A stretch of DNA of 63,982 nucleotides, counting the filler, from an uncultured bacterium (GTDB lineage Bacteria > Auribacterota > CAZIXI01), in the NCBI GenBank assembly GCA_964543115.1. It is 8 parts of 8 records of this genome, joined end to end, with 100 filler letters (N's around TTAATTAATTAA, not from the genome) between each part and the next. Parts side by side here need not be neighbours in the genome. Positions count along the whole stretch, not along the records: positions 1 to 8,744 come from CAZIXI010000145.1; positions 8,845 to 17,579 come from CAZIXI010000146.1; 6 more parts are not named here. One strand, written 5' to 3'. The notes under the pieces were generated by a model, which did no database searches, was not told the DNA's origin, and saw nothing but the letters and a program-made list of their open reading frames with translations. The position numbers and the translations under genes are program-made. This document shows positions 1 through 11,800 of this stretch, in pieces (within the stretch, counting starts at the first letter, position 1; every line of letters begins with the position of its first letter).

Positions 1-130
1 GATCTTTCGTCATTTGACAGCTAATTTTACCCAACTCTATCCCTCAGCCCAGCCGCTGACAACTATCTACTATCCCAATAGCCTGCCGGCATTGCGGATT
101 TACCGGGTAAACCAGCCAGAAAAATAACTT

Positions 131-178
131 CCCCAAGCTTCCAGCTTGGGGCTGCTATAGGGGAATGGTTATAAACTG
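131..178 (-). repeat. Dispersed spacer+hairpin repeat, copy 1 (intergenic)
   Basis: Minus strand reads CAGTTTATAACCATTCCCCTATAGCAG-CCCCAAGCT-GGA-AGCTTGGGG, with a perfect 9-bp stem; matches copies at 1275, 2016, 9844, 35076 and 47989. Confidence 0.85.
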
Positions 179-189
179 TTCTGCTGCTC

Positions 190-218
190 TTGACATTAGT
201 GCTTCCTCATGCTAGTTT
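190..218 (+). promoter_or_regulatory. Putative sigma70 promoter upstream of giant gene 1
   Basis: TTGACA (190-195), 17-nt spacer, then TAGTTT preceded by TG; AT-rich leader to ATG at 393. Confidence 0.35.
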
Positions 219-392
219 TTTATGGGGACCTAAAAAGCGACATATTCAAAGTAGCGTAATTAGACATTCCATGTTTCTTCCTTCCTAATATAATTAATAA
301 GTACTTACAAAATAATAGCATACGTCATTATTGGTATATTTGGCATTATTTATGCATACTATAATATTAATTATCTATAATACATTTCTAAA

Positions 393-3300
393 ATGAAAAT
401 ATTTAACTTTATTTTAACAATTTTATTGTCTTTTCAATTCATTACTGGCTATGCCCAGCCCTTGGGTACTATTTCTCCTGCAATCCCTAAGATCCACATT
501 CCTGAAGATTACGGTGCTATCCTGAAAAAATGGGATTCCGGCCAGAATGACAAATTAATCATTCATATTCAGGATGCCCACTGTAATTATGAGGCCCAGA
601 CGAATATTGCCCGGATACTGGAAGGCTTGATCAATGATTATGGTGTGGACCTGGTTTGTGTGGAGGGTGCGGAAGGGCCGGTGGATACCGCTCCTTTCAG
701 CAGGCAGGCGGACCGGAAGGTGAGAGAAAAGGTGGTGAATAAGTATCTGCGCCGGGGGTATCTGAGCGCTTCGGAGGCGCTGGCCATTACTAAGGGAGAG
801 GAATTAGAATTTTCTATCTATGGCCTGGAGGATCTGGGATTATATTTGGAGAATTTTCAGGAGTTACGGGGAGTGTTGGGAAATCAGCAGATCTCGAAGA
901 AGTATCTGGCGGCGTTGCGGGGTGCCTGTCAACGGTTGAAAAAGAAAATTTATAATAAAGAGTTGTGGGAATTTGACCGGCAGGCGGTTACTTATCATGA
1001 GCAGGGGATGGGATTAGTGGAATGGATAAGTTTTCTTAAACGAAGGATGAAAGACGACGTGCAAGGCTCACGATGGACGAATTTCAATTTTGTTGTAGAG
1101 TCGATTGATTTGGAGAAAAAGATAGATTTTAAGGAAGTAGAGCGGGAGAGGGAAGGGCTGGTTAAGGAACTGGAAAAGAGGCTGGTTGCCGAAGAGTTGA
1201 AGAAGGTTGTTGAACAGGGAGTTCTTTTTAAGGCGGGTAAGATTCCCGCACTGGAATTCTACCAGGATCTGGAAGCAGTCTATACCCATTCCTCTAAGGC
1301 AGTCCCGCAAAGCGGGGCAGTCTATACCCATTCCTCTAAGGCAGTCTCCAAGCGGAGCTTGGGGGCAACGTTACAGGTCGAAGATCAGGATGAGTATTCA
1401 GAACTTCTGCAATATATTGAACTCCTGCGGCTGCAAAATCAGATCGATGGTGACCTGTTATTTAAGGAATTGGCGGAGATTGAAGCGGCGTTGCGGGAAA
1501 AGCTCTATCAAAATGAAAAAGAAAGGGATTTGGACCGGACAGCTTATAATCTCCGGGTATTATCCAGGTTATTGAATCTGATTTTAGAAAGAGAACAGTG
1601 GCAGTATTATCAGGTGCACCGCGCGGAATTCGTCCCCGCCCGTATTCAGTCCTTTATCTTTGCACTCGCGCGAGAGAATAATATTTCTCTACCGCCAATA
1701 TTCGAAGATAAATCTTTGTTGTTGGAGATTAATCCTTTGCTGAAAACAGCGGAGGACTTCTACCGGCAGGCACTGGCCCGGGATGAGGTGTTGACGGATA
1801 ATCTTTTGAGCCGGATGACGGAACTGAACGAACAGGTAGCAGTGGTGGTGACCGGCGGGTTTCATTCCGCCGGGATCTTGGAGAGATTACGGGAAAGGGG
1901 GCTTTCTTATCTGGTTATTGCTCCAAAAATAACCAAATTACAGGATCAAGATCTCTACCTCAGTATTATGCTGGATCAACAGATTGATCTGGACCGGGTG
2001 ATTGTGGAGTTGGGGGCAGTCTATACCCATTCCTCTAAGGCAGTCCCCAAGCGAAGCNNNNNNNNNNNNNNNNNNNNNNNNNNNNNNNNNNNNNGGGGGG
2101 CAGAAGCTTTGGCTCCGCCGTTAGCTTTAACCAGGCCGGGGCAGTTGATGTATGGCGCGCGGATTAGGGAGTTGTTGCAGCTGGCAGAATTGGATGTTGA
2201 GGGTGTTGATAGACTAAGCCCGGCGGAATTATTCAGCGGCCGGCTGGCGCCAGGCAATTTACAGGAGAAGATATTCCTGGAAAAAAGCGCTAGCAGGGCT
2301 GCTTACCTGATAGAGCTATATGAACTGGCGCTGAGGGAACTCGGGGATAATGAGGCCGCAGAAAAGGCAGAGGAGGTTAAACGGGCGAAAATCGTTCTTA
2401 GCCTGTATCAGGAATCGGAATTTTCTGATGAGGATGCAGTTAGAAAAATTTTTACGCAAGGCAGGTACCGCCCGGCGGGAATAGTTGCCGCTTTGTTCAG
2501 GGCAATAATTGATAAGAGGGATAATATTCTTAAGCTCCATAATATGGGTATGGGGCTTCCGACGGATTTGGCTGAAATAGAGGAGTTTAAAGAGAAGTTA
2601 GTCGCGGTTTTGGCGATAGACAGGAACAAGCCGCCGCCGGCTATGGTCGGGCTGGTTCCGCTAGCGGATGTGGAAGAGATTATTGTGGAACAGATTGTTG
2701 CTCAGCCGAAGAATCTCTATATTGTCAGTGCTCCTCCGGGGGCGGGAAAGTCAAGCTTTACCGCTGAATTGGCACAAAAGATTGCTGCCCGGGGGTTAAA
2801 GGTGAGGGTAATCGATAGGGATGATTACCAGCAGGATGGGCGTATTGAGTGGATGGGCAGGAAAAGGCCTGAGCCATACGAGCCGGGGACGGTTTATATT
2901 GTTGAAGGGTACGAGTCTAAAGAAAAACTTTATGATGTTTATAAAACAGCAACAATTGGAGCTGTTTTAAAACCAATCGCGCAGATTGGGTTCTTCGTGC
3001 CCTATGAGGAGTGTTACTGGAGGCTGACGGGGAGGAAGCGTGAGGGGGATGAATCTTTAATAGGCGATTATGACTCTTATTTTGATTGGTGGTTTCTGGG
3101 TGAGGATTTTTCTCTGTACGATTTTGTTGTTGATGGGCGGTCCAGTACGGAGCCAGTTGGGGCGCGTGCGCCGCCGGCGGTGATGCCGATGTGGGAAGAG
3201 CTGCTGCCGGAGGCCGATCAGCTAGATCGGGATCTTGGTATTGTTCCCCTGCTGGAAGAAACTGGTGTCGGCGGCGCTTACTTGATCTTTAAAAACAGCA

Positions 3301-6300
3301 AGGAATCACTGCCCTGGAAAATCTTGAAGGCCTTAGGGGTTGTTCTGGGCAGCCGGCTGGTGGTCAGTTTGTTAATGTTTACCGGCAATCCCTTTATTAT
3401 TGTGCCGGCGATGGTGGTCAATGTATTTATCTTTGCGTTGATGCATGGGGTGTTTACGCAAACGAGTAAACAATTCTGGCTGCGGGCCCTGGCGGGACTG
3501 TTATTTAATATAGTGGCCATTGCATTTTTTGTGACTGGATTTGGGCCGCTCTGGTCGGTTGTCTGTAGCCTGGGCTTTGCTGTTTTTGCCCATGTGCTGT
3601 GGAATTTTGTTGCTTTAGCGCCCTGGACAGAGGAAGGCAGTCCCTGGGCGCAGTATGCGGCAAGTTATGGTAGCGTCTCCGGGGAGGAGGAGGAAATAGT
3701 CACGCTGGAATTAATAAGCGGAGTAGAGGAAGCAGTGGAATTGGCTGAGCTTAAATATTTGAATAATCAAGAGAGAGTGGCTGATTTTGTTGCTGAGAAA
3801 AGGATGGTTGATTACCGGGATGATAATTTGCGGGAGCTTTATGATGAGGTGAATGAAGTACTGCAGAATATTATTCGGGCGAATCCCCGGCTGCCGGGAT
3901 ATCTGAAGCTATATATTGATGATACAACGGAGGTCAATGCCGGTTATTATGCGGGGACCAATGTAGTGGTGGTTAGTTATGGCTATCTTAAGCTCTTAAG
4001 AGATAAGGGTGTGCCCAAGGATGCCCTGGCCCTGGTTATCGGGCATGAGCTGGCCCATGTCATTCAGTACCGGCAGGATGTTGATGAGGGCAAGGAAAAA
4101 GCAGGGATGAGAACTTATGATGAGATTACCAGGGGCCGGCAACATGGATATACAATGGAATATGACGCGGATTTTCTGGGCATGGAGCTGGCGGCGACGG
4201 CCGGCTATAATGTTTTTGCCGCTTCCCGGGAGTGGGAAGCGCTGATGGAGTATATGAAAGATAACGAATTGCGGGAACTACCCTGCGGCAGCCATCCCCA
4301 GCTGGAAGAACGAAAGCGGAGGATGGAAGATCTTTATCCGCTATATGCCGCCGCTGTTTTTAATGAGTATACATATTTAGAGACCTCCCTGGACCGGCGG
4401 GGAAGGGTGCAGGATACCTTGCGCAGGGCGCTGGAGGCAAGATCAATTGAAGAATTTATTCGGTTGATTGATGGGGCGCGGTTTTTTGAAGAATTGCTGG
4501 TGTATCTTGCGGTAGTGCAGTTTGATCAGTTTGGTGGTGCGGCAGCGGAAGCTGAAGATGATGCATTGCGTCATAGTTTGCAAACGATTTTTCAGGCGGT
4601 AGAAGATAAAGTTGCAGAGTTTTATCCGCAAAATCGGCTTATTGTGGACTTGATGACGGCATTTGCCTTGCAAAAGTTTTTAACATCCGTAAGGAAATAT
4701 TATGGCTGGGGAATGCTGCAGGATATATTTCTTGATGTGCGCTTTCCCTTGCAAAAGATAGTTGACGTGCTGCCGGCAGAGCCACCCCCGGGCTATGCTC
4801 GTTCTACCGGTTACGTTTCCACGGAGAAGATGTATTTCCATGAGGATATGGAAGATTGCCTTTCCCGATTCTCTGTAGAAGAATTGGCGGAGGCATTGGT
4901 TCATTTTGATATCAATTGCCTGCGTTTTCGCTTGTTCCCGGAAGAAGAAGCGCTCTATAAAGAGGGCGACAAAAGGCATGGAGGCTACTCCGGGGAATTT
5001 GGTTGGCGCCATCGGGGCTTGATTAACCAGCTTCGCTGGCATGTGTATCTGCGCGCCGGCCGGGATTGGTTTGGTTGGAATTCATTTAAAGAAGGAGGTG
5101 AGACATGGGAAAACGGAGAAGTTGTTCAAGGTGATCGGGGGCTGAGAATGGGAATTGATATGCTAAAAAAAGGCCAGCCGCTTACCGCAGAAGAATTCAA
5201 TCGCTGGCTGCGGGCCTTAGGGCATATGAAAAAGCAGATGAAACAGGGTGAGGATTTTGGCCGGCGGGATTTTTATTTGTATACGCGGATCCTGCTCTAT
5301 CTTATTGCGCGGGCCCCGGAGATGACCGCGGAACAGATGCGGACGATCCTGGACCTGGCGGATTATACGGGATATTACAAACGGGTGAATAACTATAACA
5401 AAAATGAGCGAAAAATGTGGCCGCTGGAGGAATTACTATTTGAGGAGTTACGCTTACTGGTTAAAAGCAGGGGATTTGCTGGTGAACTGAAGAAATTTCT
5501 GGTTGATGGATCTCCGGGCCGGGTGAGAGAAGAGTTTATGGTTAAGGAATATGAAGGAGAATCTCCAGTGCTTTTGGCTGATTGTAATAGTTATGAAGAA
5601 GCTTTTAAAGAGTTAAGTGAATTGCCGTTTCCTAATGTGGGCTTTCATAATGTGCCGGAAATGATGATGAAGGTTTATGGGGTAAGCAAAGCGGCGGAGC
5701 AGCTTGATTTCTGTGAAACGATGTTTCGCTACTTTCCGCGGGATAAAGCTGATCGGGTACCCATACGCTGGGCAGCGGAATTGTATGGGGAATTGCTGAA
5801 TAATAGCTCACCGCAGATACGGGAGGCGGTGCTAGCCAGATTAAGAGAAAGGGGGGTGCTGGCCGCTGATCAGGAGCCGGGGCATTTTGTGGCGGTAACT
5901 TTGTATTTTTTTGAGATAGATGCCCCATTAGAGATTGGAATAGTGAAAAGAAAATTGACGGCAAAGATTCTTACGGATTTATCAGTTGAGGATTTGGAAT
6001 TATTAAATGATTATCTTTTGCAAAAGCAGGAGCAAAGGCGTTTGCCTAACTATAATCGGCAACAATGGAACAAGGGGCTTGTGTTTATATCGGAAGTGGC
6101 GGCTTACTGCCGTAGAGGACAAAAGGAGAGTGCACTGTTTTTGGTTAAAGAAAGAGAATTAAGTAAACTTGATGAGCCGTATTCTGAAATGCAGTGGGAT
6201 TATGCTACTGAAAGGGTGTGGGGCCGAAATTGGCTTAATGATGCCTTCCGGGATCCGCGCGCACCTCGTTATGTAACGCCATTGACTGTCTGGCGAGGGG

Positions 6301-8744
6301 CAATGAGGCATTTTGACTGGGTGCGGAAAAGTGAGGCTGATTATCAGGCTTTGGCAGCGGAGGCGCTTGCTAACTTTCCGCCAAGTGTTTATCGCAATTA
6401 TTTGTTGCTGGTTATTTTTGTGGAAAAATATTTGAATGTCGAATTGGGGTTGCAGCTAACTGCAGAGGCGGTATGTGATCATTTTTTTGTACTTGATCCG
6501 TTTCGCCGGCAGGATTTATTGGTTGATCTTATGGCCAGACAGCGGAAGGAGGCAGTTTGGCGACTGCGAATGTTGACGTCGCATTTTGTTGTTGACCGGC
6601 GCGGTATGTTGCTGGGTGGGGAACAGGATGGAAGTTCCGTGGGGATTGCCGGGCGGGGGATGTTTATGCGGAGAGAGGAAGGAGACCAATGGAAGGCGGT
6701 ATATGAGCAGGAACATGCTGAATATACTGATTATCAATTTTTTACGGAAAATGGACTGAGTGCTCAGGTAGGACTGGTGGCAGCAAGTTTAAATCAGCAG
6801 TATCTAGCGGATTTACTAGACTCGAATGCATCTCTCACTGATAAACTTAATGAGATCCTGGCCTTTTTCCCGCAGAAATCACCGCACAGGGATTACTGGC
6901 TGAATGAATTAATGTCTACAGCAGGAGATAATCTTGAGCAGATAAAAGCAGTTATTAATCCGGAAAAGAAAGATAAGGCTTTTCATAAAAATTCTTTATT
7001 TGCCGGTAGGTATTTGCACGAGAAATATGCCTTAAGAGCCTTGGAACTGGAATTGTCCGGCCGGGAAGCAGAGTTTGGTTATGAGCTGGGGGTTATTCTC
7101 CATTACTTTGCCGATTATAGCCTAACGCGTGACGATTTGTTGATTGATCTTACTAATCGTTTGGCAAAAAACAAACAAGAATATCAATTGGCACATGAAC
7201 ATATTTTGCGCCGAGCAGGTAAGCTGCGGGAAGAAGATAAGCAGAAGCTGATTGTTCGGGCAGATACGTTAAAGCAGCTGCTACAGCTTATGGCCAAACC
7301 AGAGCAAAAGTCGGCGTTTCTGATCTGGTTTAATAGCGAGCATGCGCCCAAGCCGGCATTCCTACAGGAAATCGAATACCAACTGAAAATTAATCTGGAT
7401 GGTTTAAAGGAACAATATAGTACCTATCCATCTTCCCATTATCAGCATGTGGGCCGCAGTATGCGGCAGGAGTTTTTTCGCAGTTTCTTTTACGGTGAAA
7501 AGGGGATTTTTAGCAGTGAGGAGTCGTTGGAGGAGTTTCTGCTCAGTGTTTTTAATGAGTATGTTGATAAGCAATCGGTTAATGAACAAACCAGGAAGTT
7601 AATATTAAAGATTTATTTGAATATTTTTAGAGAAGCGGATCCTGGCCGCCGGGAGACGGTATTGCTGGCGTTAATGGATAATATGGCGGAGACGGAACGT
7701 GCCGCGGATGGTGGAGGGGTGCATTATGCTGATGGAGTGGCCATCTTTCTGGAGTCGCTGGGGTTTGTCGGAGTAAAACTGGGGCAGTACCTGGCTACAT
7801 CACCTTTAACTAAGGATAATCCGGAGTTGCGGGCGAGGTTACAGAAACTAAAGGATAAGGCTGAACCCATGGATAAACGGGTGGCGTTTGAGATGTTGGA
7901 GGAACTATTTGGGGATTTTGACCGGAAGTTTCTGGAATTGGGCAAGGTTATAGGAAGCGCTTCCCTGAAGGTTGTATATAAGGCGAGGTTGGTTAGCGGA
8001 AAAGAGGTGGTGGCAAAATTATTACGGCCGGAGATCAGGTGGCGCAAGGAAAAAGATCTGGCGCTGTTGCGGCAGGTGGCGGAGGGTATGGCCGGTGAGA
8101 TTGATATTCCGCCGGATATGATTGATACGATTGAACGGATGATTGAAGAAGAGCTGGACCTGGAGCTGGAGGGACAAACTCAGCGGGAGATTAAAACTAA
8201 TATTGAAAGTGAGCCCCAGAGGCGGGTGTATGAGGTTGCCGGGATCAAATATATTTTAAATGTTCCCTTGGCCAAGGCGGATGATACAAAACGCAATCTG
8301 GTGATGATTGAGGAATTTGCCGATGGTGTGTTGTTGAGTGATGAAGAGGGGTTGGCCCAGCGGGGAATTGACTCCGCGGCGGTGAAGGATTTTTTGGCGC
8401 GGGAATTGATTATGCGACAGCTGGCTCTTGATGGTACTTATCACGCAGATTTACACGAGGGGAACGTGATTGTGACTAAAAAAGGGAATGAGGTTACCAT
8501 CCACATTATTGATTTCGGTGCCGCCGGCCGGATTTCGCCGGCTGGTCGCATGCAGTTGTTTGGCATTATTACGGCAATCTATAATCAGGATCTTACGGCC
8601 TTAAAAGAGGTTTTGCCCGCTATTGGGCAGCTGGCTATGAATGAGCAGTGGCGGATAGAGGATATCCTGGCAGAAGAGGTTCATCAGGGAAAGAAACTTT
8701 TGCGGATCCTGACTATGCGTAACGATGCCGGGATCAAGATCAGG
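393..8744 (+). CDS. Giant secreted multidomain protein (at least 2784 aa, 3'-truncated): signal peptide, TraB/Tiki/ChaN-like N-terminal module, P-loop kinase-like module, CPBP-like membrane protease, M48 peptidase, ABC1/UbiB atypical kinase
   Basis: Signal peptide MKIFNFILTILLSFQFITGYA-Q. N-terminal motifs IHIQDAHCNYEAQ, VCVEGA, ARDEVLTDNL, VVTGGFH. Walker A in IVSAPPGAGKSS. Hydrophobic block with PLLEE, FALMH and AHVLWN. GHELAHV, EYDADFLG and SHPQLEER. VKLGQYLATSP, IGSASLKVVYKA, VAKLLRP, HADLHEGN and IDFG. A 37-N internal gap at 2058-2094; frame continuity across it is assumed. Confidence 0.85.
1275..1364 (+). repeat. Dispersed spacer+hairpin repeat, two tandem units in frame within giant gene 1
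   Basis: Units of 42 and 48 nt, both multiples of 3, each starting GCAGTCTATACCCATTCCTCTAAGGCAGTC and followed by a hairpin (CCCGC-AAA-GCGGG; TCCAAGC-GGA-GCTTGGG). They translate as AVYTHSSKAVPQSG and AVYTHSSKAVSKRSLG. Confidence 0.9.
2016..2057 (+). repeat. Dispersed spacer+hairpin repeat, in-frame copy running into an assembly gap
   Basis: GCAGTCTATACCCATTCCTCTAAGGCAGTCCCCAAGCGAAGC then N. The first 30 nt are identical to the 1275 and 1317 units. Confidence 0.9.
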
Positions 8745-8844
8745 NNNNNNNNNNNNNNNNNNNNNNNNNNNNNNNNNNNNNNNNNNNNTTAATTAATTAA
8801 NNNNNNNNNNNNNNNNNNNNNNNNNNNNNNNNNNNNNNNNNNNN
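8745..8844. other. Artificial contig-joining spacer
   Basis: N44-TTAATTAATTAA-N44, which gives stops in all six frames; identical spacer recurs seven times. Confidence 0.97.
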
Positions 8845-11800
8845 ATTCATCGCCTCCAATAAAGACAGAACAGTTTTTAAGTAGGCAATGGCCTCCCGGG
8901 GCCAAACATTGTGCAAGCCGGCAATATATCTAGCTTCCATCTCCCATAAATCGTCCGAATCAGCAGTAGATATAAAATTGCGCCAGAGGGGCAATCCATA
9001 TTGCACTGCTCCGCCGTATTGCCGGAATTGCAGCGGCAGCATGGCCGCCTGTAATTTTCGATTACCTGAAGCAGTAATCAATTTATGGACTAATTTCTCG
9101 CTGTATACCTTGAGCGAATTCCCCACCAACATTTCCCGCATACCCCGCGCCTCTTCTCCAAGCTTTACTGCCTCCGCGTCTAATTCCACTACCCGCTGCA
9201 ATTCTATCAGGCTGGCAAATATCCTCTGCCCCCAGCCATGGGCAACCATTCCATTGGACATCCCCACCTCAAATGCGTAGAGCCTATCCGGATCTATTGT
9301 ACCCGGCACTTCCCGCTGATTTTGCCGGCGATAGAGATTAAGGTAGTTATAACGGTTAGCGGGATTACGCAGCAGCAGATATTTCATTAACTGATTAAAT
9401 ACCGGCAGGGCCTCTTCTTCGCTCCGTGCCTGATAGAGCCGGTCCCACAAGCTGGTGATTATCTCTTTCTCTTCCGCGGTTATCCTGAATATTTCTCTTT
9501 TCTCCAATTCCCTGACCGCCAGGATAAACTCTTCCTGATTGTCATCAATAACCTGAAAATCATCCGCCAGAGTCATTTCACCGCCAGTAAATTTGTCAAA
9601 ACCGGGGATTGTTTCCAGGTCGACGTCCACCGGATCCTGATAGGGAAACCAAGCCGGCTCAGCACAAAATTCCTCCAGCTTTGCTGTTATTGCCGTTTCC
9701 TCTATTTTCCCAAGCACCGGATGAGCAATAAAGAATTCATTCTGCCGCACCCTTTCCTGGAGGACAGCCAATTCCGGCAATTCTTCTCCCTCCGCTACAC
9801 ACTTACCAATTACACAGGCCAAATCAGCGGTCAATGTTTCAGTCAGTTTATAATATTCCTCTCTAGCAGCCCCAAGCGAAGCTTGGGGCCAGGGATCAAC
9901 AGATTCTTCCGCCGCTTCTTTCCTGGCCCGCTCTGCTGCTTCCTGCCTGGCCTTCTCCGCCTCTTCCTGCCTGGCCTTCTCCACCGCGGCCTGCCTGGCC
10001 TTCTCCGCCGCGGCCTGCCTGGCCTTCTCCGCCGCGGCCTCCTTAGGAAAAAGAATCTCCAAAATTGTTCCCGCGGGAGATTCCTGGGCAGCCCGGTCAA
10101 AGAGCGTGGTATATTCCTCCTTGATTTCCGCCAGCCTGTCCCAAAGCGGCTGGGGATCATCAAGGCTTTCTTCAATCAATTCCCGCATCTCCCGCAGAAT
10201 TCCCTCTTTCGCCTCCGCCGGATAGAACTTGGCCAGATGCTCAATAATCTCATAGAGAAAATCCGGAAACCCGTCCCTTAGATATTCCGGAGAAATTTCT
10301 GCTGCCAGCAGTAAATCCCTATACCGACTGAGAATACTTTTAAGCTTATTAACATCAGCAAAATCAATTACACCCACACCCAACTCCTCTTCCAGGATCT
10401 CCCATAAACTGGTAATATTCTCTAAAACCTTGATAATATCATCCAGGCGGCCGGCACTAAGCAGCAAGTAATCCAACAGATGCACTACTAATTCCGCCGC
10501 GGCGTCCTTACCGCCAACCAGCATATGATGATGTTCGTGATTCAGTAAAAAGAGGTAGAATTCCCGGGCCTCCTCAACCGTAAACGCGTTATACCTTTCA
10601 CACATGCCGATAACCGCGGCCAACCGTTCATTAACTTCCACCGCTCCCTCAGCCAAATTTACATCTATCGCCGCGCTATTGTTTAGATACTTGATCCCCT
10701 CTGCCTTTAACGCCTGAAAATCAGCAAATCTATATGTCTCTTCCAGCAATGGTTTCCCAGCCGGCTCCTGGCAATATTTAACAATGTTAGCCGCTGCTTC
10801 CCCTTCTAGAGCAGCCAACGGAAAAGCCGCCTGCTGCATTCTTATCTGCCAATCACCCAACTCTTGCATTGCCAGTTCATCTACCGGACGCTTTCCGGCC
10901 GTGGCCTTCTCTTTAACAAAAACCAATATTTTTGTTTCTCCCATCCAGACCGGAATAACAACTTCCTCTTCCCGAAAGCGCAGCCCGGCAAAATCAATCC
11001 TTAAACCGGCGGCGTAGCTGGCCAGCCAGGTGCCTATTTCACTTTCCACGCTTCTCTGGATGAGATTTCGTAATTTCTTAATTTGTCCCCGGCTGCGCCT
11101 GGGAGACTGCCCGTTTCTTTTTAACCTCCTTAATCTGGCCAGTAAAGGATGATTCACTATCTCTAGAGTCAACTGACAAACTCCTGTTTCCCATTTCAAC
11201 GCCTCTACCTGCCCGCGAATATTCATCTTATGCGGCAGACGCAGTACCGGGGAGAGCCGCCGGCCCTGATGCTGAAACAACCGGTCCAGCTTATCCTCAC
11301 CCAGCAGCAGCTTAATATATTTATCCCGCGGCTCCGCCCGCAGCCAGGGAGAAACCACCAGATAGGCAATCTGCTTCTTCTCCAACAAATCACAGATCCC
11401 CGTAGTATGAAAACCTCCAGTAACCAGCACCTTCAGACTGGGACGCGCGCTCCTCAAAGAAAGAAAATTATCCGCTAATATCCTATCGCGGGAAATAGCG
11501 GTCTGATAGAATTTCCTGGCCGTTNNNNNNNNNNAAAGCTATCTCCCCGGTCCCCGGGGAAAGCCGGTCCAACATCGCCAATTCACTTCCTCTCAATTCC
11601 AGGTTCAACAGCTTTTCCAATAAATAAAATTTTCGATAATCCGCCAAGACAGCAGCAGCTAAAGGATCGGCAAAAAGCCTCTCCGCCGCCGTCTCTTCCA
11701 TATCCGCCAATTCCGCGAATAAATCCTCCATCTTGATCCCGGCCTGCCGATTGATCAACCTCAGATAACGCGAAAACTGCCGGTACTCGCTTTTATACCG

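Noticed and set aside
9721..10281. Arg/Pro-rich or LPGLL-repeat ORFs (9721-10281 +, 9843-10175 -)
   Set aside because: These are alternative-frame readings of the 24-bp EKARQ tandem repeat.
11457..11534. Two separate genes (8797-11457 and 11483-12634) or a programmed frameshift
   Set aside because: The post-gap sequence aligns in one frame with giant 1, so the frame offset comes from the arbitrary 10-N gap.
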